The notes beneath the pieces were generated by a model. The model saw only the letters and a program-made list of their open reading frames with translations. It had not been told where the DNA came from and ran no database searches. From NCBI RefSeq assembly GCF_006345805.1, contig NC_043006.1:40176001-40240000 (forward strand): DNA of 64,000 nucleotides, read 5' to 3'. Below, in pieces: positions 10,743-22,380 of the stretch. This DNA comes from Octopus sinensis (taxonomy: Eukaryota). Both the position numbers and the translations under genes were made by a program. Position 1 is the first letter of the stretch. Every line of letters begins with the position of its first letter.

Positions 10743-12223
10743 TATGAGGACAGATTTATGTTTATAAAAACAGATATATAATAACAGATAATAACTTAAT
10801 TTATCATTATAGAACCTTCTTTTCTATAATGTGATTAAATAAATCCACCTTCAGCTTCACCAACTGCTTCTATGTGAGATCTAAATCATCTACATGCTCG
10901 AATCAAGTGGTCCTAGGTCATTTTGAACATTACTCTGGCTACGGCAGCTTTCATAGAATCTTTGGTGTTATGGGCGTGTTCATTGACCTCTCTCTCAACA
11001 ACGCTCCACATGTAATAGTCCAATGGATTGAGATCTGGTGAATCAGGAGGCCAAATGTTAGGGGTTATGTGATCATGAAAATTTTCAGCCATCCATTCCT
11101 GTGTTACTAGAGCCATGTGTGATAGTGCAGAGTCTTACTGAAACACATATGGCCTTCCATTGCATACACTGTCTATCTAGGGCTTAATTATTTCCAGGAC
11201 CTTAATGTAGGCGGCAGAGTTAACTCTAAGCCTTGTGGAAAGAAGTATGGAGACATCACATGTCCATCATTGCTGACAACCCCTAAGTCCATGATAGTTG
11301 CAGGAAATTTTGTATGCATAACATTTGGAACTTCAGAAGGGTCAGCAAAAAACCATGTTAACTTTTTGATCTTGGTCGAAATTTTTCTTGTTTGAGAAAA
11401 ACCAAATCAAATCTTCGCTGGATTTTTCAGTTTGCTTAAGAGCCTTTTAGATCTGACATAGAGATTTTCTTTTGCTTTTTCTGACAAATTGACCTTTCCT
11501 CAAATTCACCTGGATAAATTCAGGTGTTCTGATGATTTCAGAGTATTTAGAATGCTTTTTATGCTTTGATACTGATGATACATTTTCATCTTCAGTCTCT
11601 AACTTATTACAAACTTTGTAGACGAAAGACCTAGCAACTTTTAAAAATCGAGATATTTCTAAATCACTATGCTCAGCCTTTATAACTACAATAACAGCAT
11701 GCCTCTCCATTTCTTGAGTAAGCTGAGGGTCTGCCATTATTTTCTGAAACAAAGATTATTCAGAGTTAGCAAAAAGAAATTGACCTTACCTCATCATATA
11801 AGAATTATATCTGATGTCTTTGTGGACAACATTTCTGACTGTTCCTTCTGACACATAGAGATCTTTTGCAACTGACCTTGTGGACTTTCTGGGATTGTAA
11901 TCAAGGTCTGTTGAACTTGCTGGATAAATTCAGATGTTCTGGTGATTTAAGAGCATTCAGAATGCTTTTTATGCTTTGATCCTGGTGATACATTTCCATC
12001 TTCAGTCTCTAGCTCCTTTCAAACTTTGTAGACAAAAGACTTGGCAACTTTTAAAAATCGAGATATTTCTAAATCGCTATGATCAGCCTTTATAACCACA
12101 ATAACAGCATGCCTCTTCATTTCTTGGGTAAGCTGAGGGTCTGCCATAATTATTTTCTGAAACAAAGATTATACAGAGTTAGCAAAAAATGTAGCAATGA
12201 CCCAAAAAAGGTATGTCCTCAAA
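10743..12223 (-). mobile_element. DD37D (maT-type) Tc1/mariner transposon, defective, with partial tandem duplication of the 5' transposase region
   Basis: FQ*DSALSH...WPPDSPDLNPLDY with 37 residues between the second and third Asp. The N-terminal segment occurs twice (about 11830-12190 and 11500-11775). Ends tatgaggaca / tgtcctcaaa are flanked by TA. Confidence 0.85.
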
Positions 12224-12263
12224 TACCTTATGCAAATTGTATAGAGAAAGAGAGAAAGAGAGA

Positions 12264-12420
12264 GAGGTCACAAATGTGACAGGGGGTGCTGACTAGCACC
12301 AAATTATGCTAAAATAAGAGTTAAATTATCTCCATAGCCACAATGGCTTCGGAGTTAATTTAACTCTTATTTTAACATAACTTGGAGCTAGTCAGCATCC
12401 CCTGTCACTTTTCTGACCTC
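12264..12420. mobile_element. MITE with inverted arms of about 65 bp
   Basis: gaggtcacaaatgtgacagggggtgctgactagc... and ...gctagtcagcatcccctgtcacttttctgacctc, followed by TA. Confidence 0.75.
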
Positions 12421-12504
12421 TATTAATTTTGCCTTTAGGTTCTAATAGCTATTAAGCCACCTTCTTCATTTATATATATATTTATAAATACCAGAGTGAG
12501 AACA

Positions 12505-12720
12505 TAAATGCAAAACAAGGTAGAAAAAATAGTACTCGAATACCGAAGGTAGAGGAATATACTTTTTTATTAAAGCTGCAAAAATATCACAAAAAACTGT
12601 GACACAGAGTTTCATGTTCCCATGCGTTGGACAGTTGTGATCAGGACTGTGTAACAAATGGGAACATGAAACCCTGAGTCACAGATTTTTGTGATATTTT
12701 TGCAGCTTTAATAAAAAAAG
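12505..12720. mobile_element. Inverted Penelope-like terminal repeat (family B), hammerhead cores decayed
   Basis: Inverted repeat 12562-12720. Each arm keeps stem II atg-ggaa-cat, GAAA and a ctc-gagtc-like stem III. The left flank matches 36548-36600. Confidence 0.65.
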
Positions 12721-12811
12721 TGTGTGTGTGTGTGTGTGTTGTAGTTAGAGAATTTTTATTGGCTCAAATTCTTTCTTAAAACTAGACTTCAAATTCTTAC
12801 ATGATACTGGA

Positions 12812-13102
12812 GAAGTTTTTAAGCAGATCAGGCCGAAAATGTCGCTAGAAGCTAGGATCACCAAGCATAGATTAGCATATTTTGGTCATATTATGCGGAG
12901 AAAATCCCTGGAGAAGGACATCATGCTCGGAATGGTCAGTGGCAAGAGAGGAAGAGGCCGACCAAGAACCCACTGGCTTGACACCATCAAGAGTGATACC
13001 GGAATGGATATGGCCAATCTGAAAGAAGCGGCCCAGGATAGAACTGACTGGAGGACACTCATCCATCGAGTAACCGAGAGTCGACTTCAACTGAGCGGAT
13101 AG
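12812..13102 (+). mobile_element. RTE-clade LINE, 5'-truncated 3' end
   Basis: QIRPKMSLEARITKHRLAYFGHIMRRKSLEKDIMLGMVSGKRGRGRPRTHWLDTIK...AQDRTDWR is a typical RTE ORF C-terminus. Confidence 0.9.
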
Positions 13103-13149
13103 ATAGACTGGAAGAGTCAAAAGTATGTCACTTCATTCCATCTTTGCTA

Positions 13150-13650
13150 GAACTTGGATATCAGGTATTAATTGATATTTTTGATTAAAAAGAATAATGC
13201 AGCTGTTGATTATATTTGTAGATCAGAGACTGAGGTGTGATGGTGAAAACTCTTTGCCAGTCATTTGCATGTTCTTCCTCAGGATGTCGTCTAGGATATA
13301 TTTGTGCATGCAGCAGTAGAACTGTCCTTGGTGTGGGACCAATATTTAAATTGTGAGTCACACTTGAATTATATAGATTCAGGAAATAATCAGGGCTGGA
13401 TTATTTTCTGAACCCAAATACAAAGGATAATCTTTGAGATGTAGTTTCCACTATGCTATATTTGTGGAGTTGCCAGAAATGATTATTGAAGATTGTGAAG
13501 CCTTGTTATTTGAAGCCATATTAAGAGTTTTAATTGCGTGTTGATCAAGACTAGAGTGGAAAAGTACAAGATGGTTTCGTTGATGAGAGCATTAAATGTG
13601 TCCAACTGTTATTAAGAGAGATTAAAGTGTCATGTTGACTGTGAAGTTGG
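13150..13650 (-). mobile_element. Heavily decayed L2/Jockey-like LINE fragment
   Basis: Broken frames give WKLHL, YWSHT and ILDDILRK; a further piece LVSNHQYGFCR lies at about 14250-14290. Confidence 0.35.
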
Positions 13651-13707
13651 AGAGCAGATTTGATATGAGATGTCTAGATTACACTTTAATTATATATATA
13701 TGTGTGT

Positions 13708-13755
<48 letters not shown>

Positions 13756-15099
13756 AGGAGCAAGCACTATTAGAAGTGACAAAGGTGGTGAGCTGGCAGA
13801 ATTGTTAGAACGTCTGGTAAAATGCTAAGTGGTATTTCGTCTGTCGCTATGTTCTGAGTTCAAATTCTGCCAAGGTTGACTTTGCCTTTCATTCTTTTGG
13901 GGTCAATAAATCAAGTGCCAGTTGAGTACTGGGGTTGATCTAATCAACTATTCCCCTGCCCCAAATTTCAGGTCTTGTGCCTATAATAGAAAGTCATTCA
14001 TGTACAAAAAGAAGACTTTGGGTGATATAATCAAACCTTAAAACTCATTAGAATTTAATGAGGATTAGCAAGAATCCTATCTTTCATACTGCTATTGGAG
14101 AGGAAACTTCCAGTTCGTGAGATGAGAGACAATAAAGCCCAAATGCAAACAGTTTAGCTAAGAGGTTCTCTCGACACATATGGCTAAACATTTTTCATGT
14201 GATGAACTCATTTGAATGGCATAAAAGGAAAGCTTTCTGGTTATTCGGTTCTACAGAATCCGTATTGGTGATTGCTGACAAGGGAGAGAGAAAAATTCTG
14301 TTGTCTTATTCTGTGTTTAGTCTGTGACTATTCTGGGGTTAGTCAAACAAATCAATCCTAGTACTTATAATTCTTGTATTTATTCTATTGGTCTTGTGTG
14401 ATGACCCACTAAATTATCGGGATGTAATCAAACCAACACTGGTTGTCAGGTGGTGGAGGTGGGACAAGCATACACACACACACAACATATATGTGTAAGA
14501 CTGGCTTTCACATAGTTTCTGTTTTAAAATTCAGTCACAAGGCATTGGCTGGCCTGGGGCTACAACAGAAGATGCTTGCCCAAGGTCACAAAGCACGCAT
14601 CTTAACCACATAGCCATGCATGCACTTACATGTAATTTCTAATTTTCAGTTTCTGCAGTTTCACTCTTATATCACTTCTGATGAGCCAATAATGAAAGTA
14701 GCCTCTACATGGTCACTCCCTCTGCAAGAAATAACAGTCAATTCTCCCACAAAACACCACTTCTAACCAGGTCAGTAGGAAAGGACACATTGGATAACAT
14801 AGATCAATATATACTGCCTGAAATATAGACGGAATGGTCACAGCTGGAATGTCTTTGATCACAGGTCTAATCATTTAGAGCTCACCTGAGCTAAACAAAA
14901 GATCAACAGCACTTATATGTTTAAGTAAGCCATGAATACCACAACATCCAATTTATTATTACCCCAAAACGAGCTCATGTTTTTATATTGCACTAACTTA
15001 CTAGCTGCCCTATCGAGTGGCTTTTAAGCTAGTTCCTGTGCAGGGCTCTTCATTGGGCCTTGAGCCCAGTAATGCCACTTCATGCATTGAGTACATACT

Positions 15100-15900
15100 C
15101 TTTTACTCTTTCACTTGTTTCAGTCATTTTACTGCGGCCATACTGGAGCACTGCCTTTAGTCGAGCAAATCATGCCAGGACTTATTCTTTGTAAGCCTAG
15201 TACTTATTCTATCGGTCTCTTTTGCCGAACTGCTAAGTTACGGGTATGCAAACACACCAGCATCGATTGTCAAGCGATGTTGGGGGGACAAACACAGACA
15301 CACAAACACACACACACATATATATATATATACTAGCAGTATCGCCCGGCGTTGCTCAGGTTTGTAAGGGAAATAACTATAAAGCATTTTTAGAGAGTTA
15401 TAGCCAAAAAATAGCAAAAAAATGGGAAAAAAATGATGGTAAATTTTTTTTTTATTAAAAAAGGTGGAGTTGCGTCTCCTAGACAGTTTGTGGTTTGTGT
15501 TTCTGATTCTCGACCCCATGTCGAATTTATCGATTTTGTTCAGAACTGGGGGAACTTTTCAAAATTTTCGCTGCGTTAGTTTTGAATTATGACATTGGGC
15601 TATGTGCGTGTCAAGTTTCATCAGAATCGGTTGAAAGCCGTGGTCAGGGTGAGGGTACAAGCAAACAGACACACAGAAACACGCACAGACAAACTGCCGT
15701 TTATATAGAGAGAGATATATATACATATACATATATACGACGAGCTTCTTTCAGTTTTCGTCTACCAAATCCACTCGCAAGGCTTTGGTTGACCCGAGGC
15801 TATAGTAGAAGACACTTGCCCAAGATGCCACGCAGTGGGACTGAACCTAGAACCATGTGGCTGGTAAGCAAGCTACTTACCTCACAGCCACTCCTGCGCC
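15100..15900 (-). mobile_element. SINE family A split by a Helitron in its internal microsatellite
   Basis: 3' half at 15100-15331 and 5' half at 15716-15900 are colinear. Confidence 0.8.
15333..15715 (-). mobile_element. Non-autonomous Helitron (Lep1-like)
   Basis: On the - strand: 5' TC start, GC-rich subterminal hairpin cctgagcaacgccggg, 3' CTAG end, inserted between A and T. CpGs are intact. Confidence 0.75.
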
Positions 15901-16129
15901 TATATTAAATTTTATTAAACTTTGCTTAAATTATTAAGCAATGAACAATTTTTGTTAAAACAATGATATAATATGTTGACTTGAACTTATTGTAAAGCTT
16001 CATGATAAATTACATTTTTTTGTCTTCCCATTCGGGGGTCAGTACAATTTTACAATTTGTTTTCTGTCTAACCTCTTTCTTTCTCTCTCTCTCTCTTTCT
16101 GTTGATTGTTTTCAACCTTCACCATCACC

Positions 16130-16390
16130 AGTACCACCACCACCATCGCCACAACAACTGGCATACACACACCGTTCAGACTTCTGATGCCACCACCATC
16201 AACACGTTTGACTTCGCCACCTTCCTCTACATCACCACCACCACTGTCTTTCACATCCCTTACTATCACCGTCATGCTTGACCACCTCAGCTACCACCAC
16301 CACCACCACCACCACCACCACCACCACCACCACCACCATCACCACCACCATCGCCTCCACCTCTATCACAACTACAGCTCATACAATTAC
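16130..16390 (+). repeat. (CAC/ACC)n-rich tract
   Basis: Directly visible; source of the poly-H, poly-T and poly-V ORFs. Confidence 0.9.
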
Positions 16391-17874
16391 CATCACCCCA
16401 TTACCATCTCAACTGTCAATCTACAACCGCCCTCACTGTCTCTATGCCTACTATTACTCTCACCCCAGCAAGAGGAGTAGAAGAAGTGTCATTGAATAGC
16501 AAGAGAGGGAGTCAAAGTGTGACACACTGACACACATGAATTTGTTTTGGCATTTATTATTATAGATTATGTGATATGATTTATTTTTAGATGCATCTGG
16601 AATAATTTCATTGAATTCAAGAGTTGCAGTTTCAGTTCAGTGATTATGAAAACTTTGTGCTTGTTAGAGGCACTCATTCCATTATGCTTTGTGAAGTTTC
16701 AGTTATTGTATACAGAAGGGAGCCATTCTCAGCATGTTGGTTGACCTGCTAGAAATAACAGCTAAGACTCCCTCAAGTCAAACCCTTCTATTGCTTTAAA
16801 AATGGTAAAGGACATATTAGATAACATGTCCCTTATTATTAATTTTAATCTAAAAACACTGGTTGGTCATGATTGGAATACTCCTGATCATAGACTTTTT
16901 ACTCTACTGCGGTCAACCCCAGTCTCAGTAGACTAGCTGGGGTGGGAATGATGGTGGCAGTCTACCCTAGCTGATATTTTTATGTGGGTGGCAGTTTTAG
17001 GTATGCTGTATATAAGGCTGTATTGCGGGTAGGGGGCAGGAAACTCAAGGCCTGCCCCAGACAGTATAAACTGTAGCTAGACTACTGGCTGACCTGGAGC
17101 TAAACAACAGCAACAGTTTACAGCCAGGCAGACTGAGCCAAGTTTTAATGATAAGATCCACATTTCTAATCTGTCAGCTGCTTATCTGATATTGTGTCAA
17201 TGCATATCTCTGTTGACACACCATGACACAACATAAAATCATGCCTATCTCCCCTCCCCTCGAAATATTTAAAAGGTAGGAGTGAAGAGAAGGACAAAAG
17301 TATCTTTATCTTTTACTTGTTTCGAGCATTGGTCTGTGGCCATGCTGGGGCATTCTCCTGAAGGATTTAGTTGAATAAATTAATCCCAGCAGTCTTTTTT
17401 TAAAAGTCTGGTTCTTATTTTCCAGCAGACATTTTTGCCAAATCATTATGCTTGAGGGATGTAAATAAACCAGACCCAGTTAATAAGCAGTGAGGAGACA
17501 AATACAAACACACACACAGATAAACAATCTCCAGAACAGACAATGGAGCCTGGTGGGACCCTGGCTTTACCAGCACCGGTCAAACTGTCCAGCCCATGCC
17601 AGCATGGAAAACGGTTGTTTGATGATAATAACAACATATATATTCTTTTAGTCTTTTGACAGTGGCCATGCTGGAGCAATTCCTTTTAGTTGAAGAAGTC
17701 GACCCCATGACTTATTTTTTGTAAGCGTAGTGCTTATTCTATTGGTCCCTTTTGCCAAACTGCTAAGTTACTGGGACATAAACACACCAACATCAGTTGT
17801 CAAGTGATGGTGGGGGAACAAACACAGATACACAAATACATACATAGATATATACACACACATACCATACATAT

Positions 17875-17916
<42 letters not shown>

Positions 17917-18353
17917 ATGGGCTTCTTTCAGTTTCTAAAGCTTTGGTCGGCCCAAGGCTATAGTAGAAGACACTTGTCCAAGGTGTCATGCAGTGGGGCT
18001 GAACCCAGAACCATGTGGTTGGGAAGCAAGCTTCTCACCACACAGCCCTGCCTGCACCTATATATATATATATGATGGGCTTCTTTCAAAAGAATAAGTC
18101 CTGGGGTTGATTTGTTCACCTAAAGGCAATGCTCCAGCATGGTCACTTTCAAATGACTGAAACAAATGAAAGAATAAAAGAATAAATCCCAATCCTGATA
18201 TTATAATAAATTTCTTTTCATTTCCTATTATGTTTTATGGGAAAAAAGAAATCTACTGGTGGTGCTCCAGTATGGCCACAGCTTTAGGGCTAAAACTTAT
18301 AAAAGACTAAAAGAATATTTCAACAGATATTTGTCCTCATCTTGTTTGTTGTT

Positions 18354-18399
18354 AACACAACGTTTCGGCTGATATACCCTCCTGCCTTCATTAGGTGTC
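18354..18399 (-). ncRNA. Minimal hammerhead motif, family A (core G5A)
   Basis: GACAC CTAATGA A GGCAG gagggtatat CAGCC GAAA CGTT GTGTT; stem I and the ACGT palindrome are intact. Confidence 0.6.
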
Positions 18400-18468
18400 T
18401 TGGGGAAATTTCGAACCTGGGTTCTCATTCCTAAGGTATTTTTCAATGTTATTATTATTATTATTATT

Positions 18469-19022
18469 GAGTGAGAGAGCAGTTCATGCCATCAAAGTGA
18501 CATTGGGGTAAAATATACGAAGCCCAATATACCCATCATGACTACCCGTCTGATAAAGGTACACCAGGCACATGCATCACAACCATATGTGCGCGACATG
18601 GTGATCTCATATCAAGATAAACAGCACATGACCTTGCAGGTGGGGCCCAGTTAGAATTTTCTTCAGGTTGAGTAGCCCATCCCGCTCAAAAGGTCCCTGA
18701 ATAAGGGTTGTTTAAGGATGTTGAAAGAACCACCCATGTTTCCAGAGGTGAATTATTCAAACCCCAAAGAATCCCTCTCAACACATGGCTATGATGCTCC
18801 CCCACTACTTCTGCTCGTGATCAGAGATGCACATATCGTCAGCCACTAAGGGACATGCTCAACTGGTTACGGTCAAACAACTGACAAGCAAATCTGTGGT
18901 ATTGAGCAGAATATTTGCTGTAGCCCATCTTTTATACCAAGACAAAACAATGTACATGATAACACTTCCAATCAGTTAAGATCAGAAGCCATGAGAGCCA
19001 CTGCCTGGTACTGCATCAGGGC

Positions 19023-19023
<1 letters not shown>
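18469..19023 (-). mobile_element. Unclassified non-coding insertion bounded by (TAA)n on both sides
   Basis: Non-repetitive 555 bp interrupting an (ATT)n run; no recognisable ORF. The orientation is a guess from the (TAA)n tail. Confidence 0.45.
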
Positions 19024-19087
<64 letters not shown>

Positions 19088-19253
19088 TATTATTATTATA
19101 CTCCTGTTTCATAAAAACAATAATTTTTCATTTTACTATTAGTAAAATGAAAAATTATTATTATTATTATAATTATTATCATTATTCAGGTCACTGCTTG
19201 GAATCAAACTCGGAATCTTAGGGTTCCAAGCAGTGACCTGAATAATAATAACA

Positions 19254-19316
<63 letters not shown>

Positions 19317-19363
19317 TTGAAAAATACCTTAGGAATGAGAACCCAGGTTCAAAATTTTCCCAA

Positions 19364-19409
19364 GACATCTGATGATGGCTGGAGGGTATATCAGCCGAAA
19401 CGTTGTACT
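19364..19409 (+). ncRNA. Minimal hammerhead motif, family A, catalytic core intact, stem I degraded
   Basis: CTGATGA 19369-19375, one extra nt, GGCTG/CAGCC stem II, GAAA 19397-19400, CGTT (ACGT palindrome, GUU site). Confidence 0.68.
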
Positions 19410-19730
19410 AACAACAAACAAGACGAGGACAAATATCCCTCAAATATAAATAATGTAAATAATGTACATAATTCCTCATTTCTTAAATATAGAAGTGATG
19501 GAAACATTTGCACGCTAGGTAAAATGCTTAGCAACATTTGCATCCATCTTTACAGTCTGGGTTCAAATTTTGCCCAAGTCAACTTTGCCTTTCATCCTTT
19601 TGGGGTAATAAATTAAAGACCAGTTAAGCATTGGGGTCGATGTAACTGATTTAAACCCTTCATCAAACTTGCTGGCCTTGTGCCAAAATCTGAAACCGAT
19701 ATATGTCATGTATTGTAGAAATATAAACCA

Positions 19731-20124
19731 GTAGTGGCTGTGTGGTAGGATGCTTGCTTCCCAACCACTTGACTCTGGTTTCAGTCCCACTGCATGCAAG
19801 TGTCTTCTAATATAGCCTCAGGCCTACCAAAGCCTTGTGAGTGGATTTAGTAGATGGAAACTGAAAGAAGCCCGTCGTATATATGTATATATATATATAT
19901 GTGTGTGTGTATGTTTGTGTGTCTGTGTTTGTCCCCTAGCATTGCTTGACAACCGATGCTGGTGTGTTTATGGCCCCGTCACTTAGTGGTTTGGCAAAAA
20001 GAGACCGATAGAATAAGTACTGGGCTTACAAAGAATAAGTCCCAGGGTCGAGTTGCTCGATTAAAGACGGTGTTCCAGCATGGCCGCAGTCAAATGACTG
20101 AAACAAGTAAAAGAGTAAAAGAGT
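19731..20124 (+). mobile_element. SINE family A, low-divergence 3' part
   Basis: Near-consensus with most CpGs retained; a further 3' half follows at about 20140-20340. Confidence 0.85.
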
Positions 20125-21242
20125 ATATATACATATGTGTGTGTTTGTGTGTTCCCTCCATCGCCATCGCTTGACAACCGATGTCGGTGTGTTTATGTCC
20201 CCCCTAACTTAGTGGTTCGGCAAAAGAGACTGACAGAATAAGTACCAAGCTTACGAAGAATAAGTCTTGGGGTTGATTTGTTTAACTAAAGGCAGTGCTC
20301 CAGCATGGCCAAAAATCAAATGGCTGAAACAACTAAAAGAATGATATATATGTACACACAGACACACATATACGCGCGTGCGTGCATATGACCAGCTTTT
20401 TTTAGTTTCTGTGAAGCAAACCTGCTCACAAGGTTTGGGCTATTTTGGAGCTATAGTGGAGGACAATTACCCAAGGTGCTGAGCAGCGAGACTGAACCTG
20501 AAACCACATGGGTCAGAAGCAAGCTTCTTAACCACACAACCGTTCTGTTCACACACGCGCACGACTGACTTTCAACACATTTTCTTTCTACCATATTTAT
20601 TCGCAAAGTATTGATCGGAAACCGAGGCTGTTGTAGAAGACATCTACCCAAAGTGCGGCGCTGTGTGACTGAACCCGAAACCACGTGGCTGCAAAACTAT
20701 TTCCTATACCACACTGCCACCCCTACCCATCTACCCTGAGTAGAGAACAAAAAAAAAACAGAAAAGAAAAGAAAAGAAAAGATGGTGAGAATTAGAACGT
20801 TTTTGATCATAGTTCTATTTGATCAGGAATGACCAAGGGTTAAACAGCCACAGCAACAGCTATATAAACAAAAGGATAATATTATGCTTTTATATATATA
20901 TCATATATATCACATATACATATACATATATATATATATATAAACATGTATGTATACTGATTAATCTCCTTAACTCTAAGCTATTCATAATCTTCCGCTT
21001 CGGTAGATCGATCACGAGAGTAATTTCAGCTGAGTACTGCAGCAAAACAATAAAACAACTCAGTTGTATAGCTTAGAAATTTTGTCAAATAAGATAACAT
21101 TCTGTATTGCGAATTATATTAAATGTTTGTTCATTGTACCGATGTTAGGGTATTTACAAATTTCTTTAGATTTTTAAATGTTTCTCCTCTGTTCTTCGTT
21201 TTGCTGACGCAGCGTTGAATTAAGTCATCGAGAGTTAAGTAC

Positions 21243-21330
21243 CTTTATTGTTTGGGAAGCGATCAGAGCAGCGGACGTTGGCAGAGATCTCAAGAGTAAA
21301 TAGCTTTCGCGATCACGTGTGTGTGTGTGT
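21243..21330 (-). promoter_or_regulatory. Candidate promoter / non-coding first exon of a leftward gene
   Basis: CpG-rich non-repeat segment at the edge of the CpG-poor left domain; TCGCGA motif; donor AAAG|GTACTT at 21243/21242; strong acceptor ttttattgttttgctgcAG ending at 21037. Confidence 0.3.
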
Positions 21331-21483
21331 GTGTGCGGTGAGGGCTATACGGATTTTTAAGTTTATTAGTCATAATAGCTTCGTAAGGGGATATTCCCCA
21401 TTCGCAATTTTTTTGGTTAACTGCTCTCAGCAGAAGTATTTCTCAGAAGTAAACGCCTAGATTATCTTACCCCAACTGGACGA

Positions 21484-21564
21484 AGGTAAAGAATACGCAC
21501 ATCCGGTATTTAGGGTTAGGGTGAGGGTTACTCCGAAAACGGGCAGCATGCGTATTCTTTACCT
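21484..21564. repeat. 16-bp inverted repeat enclosing TTAGGG-like units
   Basis: aggtaaagaatacgca / tgcgtattctttacct around tttagggttagggtgagggtta. Confidence 0.7.
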
Positions 21565-21603
21565 ACTGCTGCTGCTGCTACTACTACTACTAATGCGCGC
21601 GCG

Positions 21604-21642
<39 letters not shown>

Positions 21643-21830
21643 AAAATAAGCGAAACAGGCGCGCGAGTGAGTTGGAAGCAAATATACATCTACGTTCATA
21701 ACGCTAAGTTACGGGGACATAAACACACCAACATCGGTTGTCAGGCGATGATGGGGACAAACAGACTGAAACTGGAACTATGTGGCTCACACATCCACGC
21801 CTGAGCTTATAGAATATATATATAAATATA

Positions 21831-21884
<54 letters not shown>

Positions 21885-21922
21885 TATATATGTGTGTGTG
21901 TGCGTAGATATATATATATATA

Positions 21923-22030
<108 letters not shown>

Positions 22031-22044
22031 TTAGAGAGAGAGAG

Positions 22045-22380
22045 GGTGACCCCCTTCGGTCATGAATGACCATAGGATTGCACCTAGAAAGTTCTCCTCC
22101 ATGACACAAGTCTGGGTAAGGTTGTTTATGGAAGACCCGCAGTCGCCCATGCATACCAACCTCCCCTCTCCATGCCACCGGTGTTATCCAAGGAAAATTC
22201 AAAGGCTGATACAACTTGGCACCAGTGACGTCACAACTCATTTCTACAGCTGAGTGAACTGGAACAACGTGAAACAAAGTGTTTTACTCAAGAGCACAAC
22301 ACGCAGCTCGGTCCGGGAATCGAGCTCACAGCCTCACAAATCGTAAGCTCGACGCTCTAACCACTGAGCCATACGCCTTC
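22045..22380 (-). mobile_element. tRNA-derived SINE family C
   Basis: Head tggctcagtggttagagcg...ctcgattcccgg on the - strand; related pieces at about 31720-31930 and 58550-58780. Confidence 0.78.

Larger units (their letters stand above)
18317..19493. mobile_element. Second head-to-head inverted pair of the tRNA-head/hammerhead-tail element, with a 555-bp element nested in the left (ATT)n spacer
   Basis: Same tail as 4472-5079 on both strands; inverted junction caggtcactgcttggaat...ttccaagcagtgacctg at about 19187-19240. Confidence 0.78.

Noticed and set aside
14250-14300. Strong minus-strand acceptor tttttctctctcccttgtcag
   Set aside because: All three frames stop soon after, and one reads LVSNHQYGFCR, a LINE RT remnant.
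14670-14705. CTGATGA...GAAA near 14676
   Set aside because: No credible stem II or stem I pairing.
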